This document shows, one piece after another, positions 25,956 through 29,705 of a DNA stretch of 29,705 nucleotides. The stretch is from positions 1 to 29,705 of the IMG/VR virus record IMGVR_UViG_3300017749_000080; one strand, 5' to 3'. The stretch comes from a virus. Taxonomy: Duplodnaviria; Caudoviricetes. Position numbers and translations under genes: made by a program. Numbering within the stretch: the first letter of the stretch is position 1; the number at the start of each line of letters is the position of its first letter. The notes beneath the pieces are model-generated. The model had not been told where the DNA came from, searched no databases, and saw only the letters and a program-made list of their open reading frames with translations.

Positions 25956-28900
25956 TAGTATCTTGGGTATAAGAAGTTATCGTTATGTCTCATCTCATCC
26001 CAATCAAGAGATGCTGTATAGATTGCTGTTACGTTATATACTGAGTTGTTACCTAAACCAATATCAAGTGAAGATGAGTTAAAGTTAAGTGTGAATGCTT
26101 TATCATCTATTGTTTCATTTACAGTAGCAGAACCACTTACTCCATCTACATACCAAAGAACTTCGTTTGTATTTTGGTTGTAAGAGAACTGTGATATGTG
26201 GAATCCACCTCTTGGTATAAATCCACCAGCTGAACCACTCTCTGTTGTTACAATACTATCACCTACTTTAATTACAACTGCTTCTCCATATAGAGTATCA
26301 TTACCAGCGTATATACCAATAGAAGATGTACCAAATTGTTCATCTGTTAAGATTGGTATTAATCCTCCACTATCGTAAGTTTGATTGTTAACTTCCCATA
26401 CTGCCATTGCACTTATTTCAGATGTTGGTTGTTCTTCATCTGCTTCTACATAAGGATGTACTGATGAACTAACAACTAATAAAGAACCACTTCCTAAGTT
26501 ATCTGTATCAAATTCCCAACCTGTGATGTTTTCTAACGATGCAGTATTATCATTCTTCCATAAGTTATAAACAAGAGAACCTGTACCATCATATGAATCT
26601 AAATCGTACATATCATAGTATTGTGCTAATCCTCTATATGATATAAAATCAACAGGTGATGTATTAGCTTTCCATTTGTAATTAATGATAACTGCTCCAT
26701 CTCCTCCTCTACCACTTAAAGTATATGTTATTCCCCATGGTGTTGTGTATGTTTCTCTTGGTTCTAACCAAGCTCCACCACCACCTCCATAGTATGAGCC
26801 GGTTGAGTTTCCTATACCAGAATCAGCACCACCTCCAAGACCACCATCAGCAGCTCCACGAGGTCCGTATCCTGCACCACCACCACCGAAGTATTTCTGT
26901 ACTCCTAAGATGTATGATAAGATTCCATCTCCACCTTCTCCTTCAGTTGGTGTTGCTGTACTACTTCCATTGAATCCATCTTCACCAGCACCTCCACCTC
27001 CACCAGCAGAACCTGTACCAAAGAATCCCCATCCACCATCATTAGATTGATAAGAAACTCCACCAGATACTAATCCACTAGCTACACCAGCTCCACCACC
27101 ACCTGAACCACTTCTTTCAGTCCAACCAGTCTTAGTACTGTATTCTGCAAAGTTATCTCCTTGTGCTCCTCTACCACCTATACCTGATGTTATGTGAACC
27201 GAACCATCTGATGCAGATAATATAGTTTGTCCAACTTCTGCTTGCCAATCATCTGGTAGATTGGTAAAGTTTGGTTGTGCAAATCCAGGTGCAATGTTTA
27301 ATGTGTATTCAGAACAGATACCATTTATCGTTGCTTCTTTAACTTGGCCTCCACCACCTCCACCACCGTAGTAGTATGGTTTAGAACCTAAACTATCAGG
27401 TATACCTCTTCCACCTGGCCCACCTGGTCCAATAACTAATACTTTTACTTCATCAGAGAATCCACTACTTACATTTAATTGTTGGAATGAACGTTGTGTT
27501 CTTTCGTTAGTTGAACCTGATGATTCAAAAATGTGATATTTGTAGAAAAACTCATTACCAATACCCGAACCACTAAGGTATGTTCCTTCTATACCACCAG
27601 TTGCAGTAATTGTTGAAGGGTCGAATGGGTCACAATCATACTTTGTATAACATTCTGAACCTGTTGTAAAATCTACATTCTGGTCATCGTATGATGTACT
27701 AAATGATGCAGAAGGTAGATAAGTAGAATAAGCTATATCATCATCGAAATCATTTGAGAATGCTCCAAAGCGAGTTTTGAAGTAACTCTCACTATCATGG
27801 TTGTTGTATCTTGATGATGTAATGTAATCTTGTGAGGATGTATAGTGTACTGTTGTATCAGGATACTTGTAGTATGGAAGAGGGTTAGTTCTTCCACTAG
27901 AACCACTTATATCGAATCCTATGTATATACCAGCAGGTGCTGATTGTTTACAAGAACCACAATCTTCCCATCCTTCAAACTCTACATAACTTTTACAGTC
28001 CGAACCTGTTGTAAAAGTTACAGTACCACTACCACTTGGTAATTGGTCTAACATCTTCTCTGGCTTCCAATCGTAATCAGATGCAGTTGGGTGTTGTAAA
28101 TCTACAAACTCATACCACAAATCATTATAATCACCTCCACGATATAAACCTTGTCCTGTATCCATAGCACATATACAAGCTTGTTTACCTGCAGGTACTG
28201 TTAGGGTTTCTAATCTTACTTCTCCACAAGGTATAAAGGTAAAGATACCACCTGTTGCTCCTCCATCTATGTAGTGTAGTTTACCTTGTGTTAATTGTGA
28301 ACCTGTTAATGCGTATGTTATTATTGCTTCACCTGATGTTCCTTTGAAGTAATCTTCTTGGTAAGTATCTGTCATTGATGATGTAAAATCATATACATGA
28401 GCTTGTCCACCACTTCCTTTAAAGTAAGGCATTGATGAACCAGAATCAAAAACTGAATTAAATAAATCTCTAGCATCACCTGGCTCTACTACTCCTGCTG
28501 TACCACAATCATCACTATCTTGTGCAGTACCACCAACACCATAAAATTGTTGATATCCTCTAATAGATTCGTATTTTGGATTTCCTCCATTAGTTTGTTC
28601 ACCTTGTGGAATTGAAGTAGAACCACTATATCCTCCTCCTCCATTACCAGATAATACTGTTGGTGATGATACCCATGGTGAGTTATACCAAACTCCAACG
28701 TGTCCTTGATTTCTAAATGGAAATTCTACTGAACCACTATCTCCTATATATAAATTACCATCGCCACAGAATGTATTTGCTGCTCCTCCACCAGAACCAC
28801 CATCTCCTCCTTTACTTTGGAATTGTTGCCAATGTGGTGTACCTGAAGGAGTACCACAACTTGCAGCAAGTGTTACTGCCCAAGTTACATTACCACCTGA

Positions 28901-29482
28901 ACCTCCTCCTCCACCTTTAATCAAGACTGAATCATAATCAAATCTTGAAGATGATAAAGAACCACTTGGTATATCTGCATCATTAGCTAATTGATATGCG
29001 TATCTAAATGTTGTATCTTCTCCTGGTGTGTTTACGTTTGTAGTACCATCAGTAGTTAAGGTCATTCCACCACCATCACCAATGTAGATTGGCCATTTAC
29101 CAGGTACTAATTCAAGAGAACCTGTTAGTTCTCTATTAGGGTTAATGAAAAGAACACCACCTGCTCCACCACCTCCTGCTGTTTGTGTAGCTGTATTTAA
29201 ACATCCTATATAAGATGATGGTGCTGCTAAACTATAAGGTGGACCCGAACCTACTGTTCTTCTTTCACCAAATCCTCCAGCTCCACCTCCACCAACTAAG
29301 AATAATTGCGTAGAATCAGTACATCCTTCATATATCTCAAATGTATGAGAGCCTGTGGTATTACCAAAGTAATGAACTCTACGAATCTGTGAACCTGTAA
29401 TGTAATCATACATTACATCTCCACCACTAGCAGAGATTTCAGATGTTAAACAATCTTCAAGTGCTGGTTTTGGAATGTACAT
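25955..29482 (-). CDS. Glycine-rich tail fibre/spike with C-terminal LamG/ConA-like domain
   Basis: 1175 aa. Two Gly-rich modules (LVGGGGAGG...GGGGAGG; VIGPGGPGG...GGGGGGG) followed by a GL..YYD....SY.GTG...WYVDG beta-sandwich. Confidence 0.78.
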   Translation of the reverse strand: MYIPKPALEDCLTSEISASGGDVMYDYITGSQIRRVHYFGNTTGSHTFEIYEGCTDSTQLFLVGGGGAGGFGERRTVGSGPPYSLAAPSSYIGCLNTATQTAGGGGAGGVLFINPNRELTGSLELVPGKWPIYIGDGGGMTLTTDGTTNVNTPGEDTTFRYAYQLANDADIPSGSLSSSRFDYDSVLIKGGGGGSGGNVTWAVTLAASCGTPSGTPHWQQFQSKGGDGGSGGGAANTFCGDGNLYIGDSGSVEFPFRNQGHVGVWYNSPWVSSPTVLSGNGGGGYSGSTSIPQGEQTNGGNPKYESIRGYQQFYGVGGTAQDSDDCGTAGVVEPGDARDLFNSVFDSGSSMPYFKGSGGQAHVYDFTSSMTDTYQEDYFKGTSGEAIITYALTGSQLTQGKLHYIDGGATGGIFTFIPCGEVRLETLTVPAGKQACICAMDTGQGLYRGGDYNDLWYEFVDLQHPTASDYDWKPEKMLDQLPSGSGTVTFTTGSDCKSYVEFEGWEDCGSCKQSAPAGIYIGFDISGSSGRTNPLPYYKYPDTTVHYTSSQDYITSSRYNNHDSESYFKTRFGAFSNDFDDDIAYSTYLPSASFSTSYDDQNVDFTTGSECYTKYDCDPFDPSTITATGGIEGTYLSGSGIGNEFFYKYHIFESSGSTNERTQRSFQQLNVSSGFSDEVKVLVIGPGGPGGRGIPDSLGSKPYYYGGGGGGGQVKEATINGICSEYTLNIAPGFAQPNFTNLPDDWQAEVGQTILSASDGSVHITSGIGGRGAQGDNFAEYSTKTGWTERSGSGGGGAGVASGLVSGGVSYQSNDGGWGFFGTGSAGGGGGAGEDGFNGSSTATPTEGEGGDGILSYILGVQKYFGGGGAGYGPRGAADGGLGGGADSGIGNSTGSYYGGGGGAWLEPRETYTTPWGITYTLSGRGGDGAVIINYKWKANTSPVDFISYRGLAQYYDMYDLDSYDGTGSLVYNLWKNDNTASLENITGWEFDTDNLGSGSLLVVSSSVHPYVEADEEQPTSEISAMAVWEVNNQTYDSGGLIPILTDEQFGTSSIGIYAGNDTLYGEAVVIKVGDSIVTTESGSAGGFIPRGGFHISQFSYNQNTNEVLWYVDGVSGSATVNETIDDKAFTLNFNSSSLDIGLGNNSVYNVTAIYTASLDWDEMRHNDNFLYPRY

Positions 29483-29485
29483 ATG

Positions 29486-29705
29486 TTATAAATAATTTTT
29501 ACCTAATACTCCGAATAATGAACCGGTATCGAAAGATACTAGAGTTAATACGTCTATCGCGTTACTACCTTGTGTAGTTTGTGGGTTTGATGTGAATGGG
29601 AACTTGATTGAACCTGTATCCCATACTACTTCACCATAGTTAGCTACTTGTGAACCACTTGGTTGGTTTAATCTAACTGTAATAGTTTCACCACCATATA
29701 TGTTA
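29486..29705 (-). CDS. Tail fibre-like protein, 3' part (continuation of 1..1535)
   Basis: ...KFPFTSNPQTTQGSNAIDVLTLVSFDTGSLFGVLGKNYL*; the stop lies 3 nt before the next ATG (29482). Confidence 0.88.
   Translation of the reverse strand, partial: NIYGGETITVRLNQPSGSQVANYGEVVWDTGSIKFPFTSNPQTTQGSNAIDVLTLVSFDTGSLFGVLGKNYL
29583..29705. repeat. Terminal direct repeat (right copy)
   Basis: Identical to 1-123. Confidence 0.97.

Noticed and set aside
388-28920. Many plus-strand ORFs (e.g. 388, 1171, 6500, 8492, 19731, 20967, 25438) and nested minus-strand ORFs (6252, 21885, 28489)
   Set aside because: They are antisense or out-of-frame shadows of well-supported genes, with low-complexity translations and no start context.
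1-29705. Stop-codon recoding, diversity-generating retroelement, CRISPR array, tRNA genes
   Set aside because: Genes are intact and tightly packed in the standard code with TAA, TAG and TGA all used as stops. I saw no reverse transcriptase, template/variable repeat pair, spacer array or cloverleaf.

Overview
This window is an apparently complete, circularly assembled tailed-phage genome. Bases 1-123 repeat exactly at 29583-29705, giving a unit length of 29,582 bp. It is AT-rich, siphovirus-like and almost certainly infects a Bacteroidota/FCB host, judging by three TTTG-N20-TAnnTTT(G/A) host-type promoters and the near absence of Shine-Dalgarno sites. Nearly all genes are on the minus strand. 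The early/regulatory arm carries a DUF1376-type replication initiator with iteron-like repeats, an HNH endonuclease, a phage sigma factor, ribosomal protein bS21 and a SET-domain protein. The remaining minus-strand genes encode packaging proteins (TerS, PBSX-type TerL), head proteins (XkdF-like protease, scaffold, capsid, portal) and tail proteins (tube, chaperone, tape measure, hub and three fibre/spike proteins, one spanning the origin and missed by the ORF track). Only a small ORF and a GT-B glycosyltransferase are credible plus-strand genes. The most notable signals are: (1) a directional [S/T]-[G/A]-S tripeptide concentrated in exposed virion proteins, a candidate glycosylation sequon; (2) an 8-copy bipartite promoter AYA-N13-TTGTTATA, likely read by the phage sigma; (3) a ~90-nt promoter-to-terminator transcript whose hairpin is antisense to an AAAAUGGCAAAA start context; (4) an AGAU motif just upstream of most late start codons in a bS21-encoding phage; (5) two -1 frameshift sites, one of which truncates a tail protein at a hairpin-loop stop. 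I recognised no endolysin, integrase, DNA polymerase or tRNA. All product calls are motif-based by eye, with no database search.
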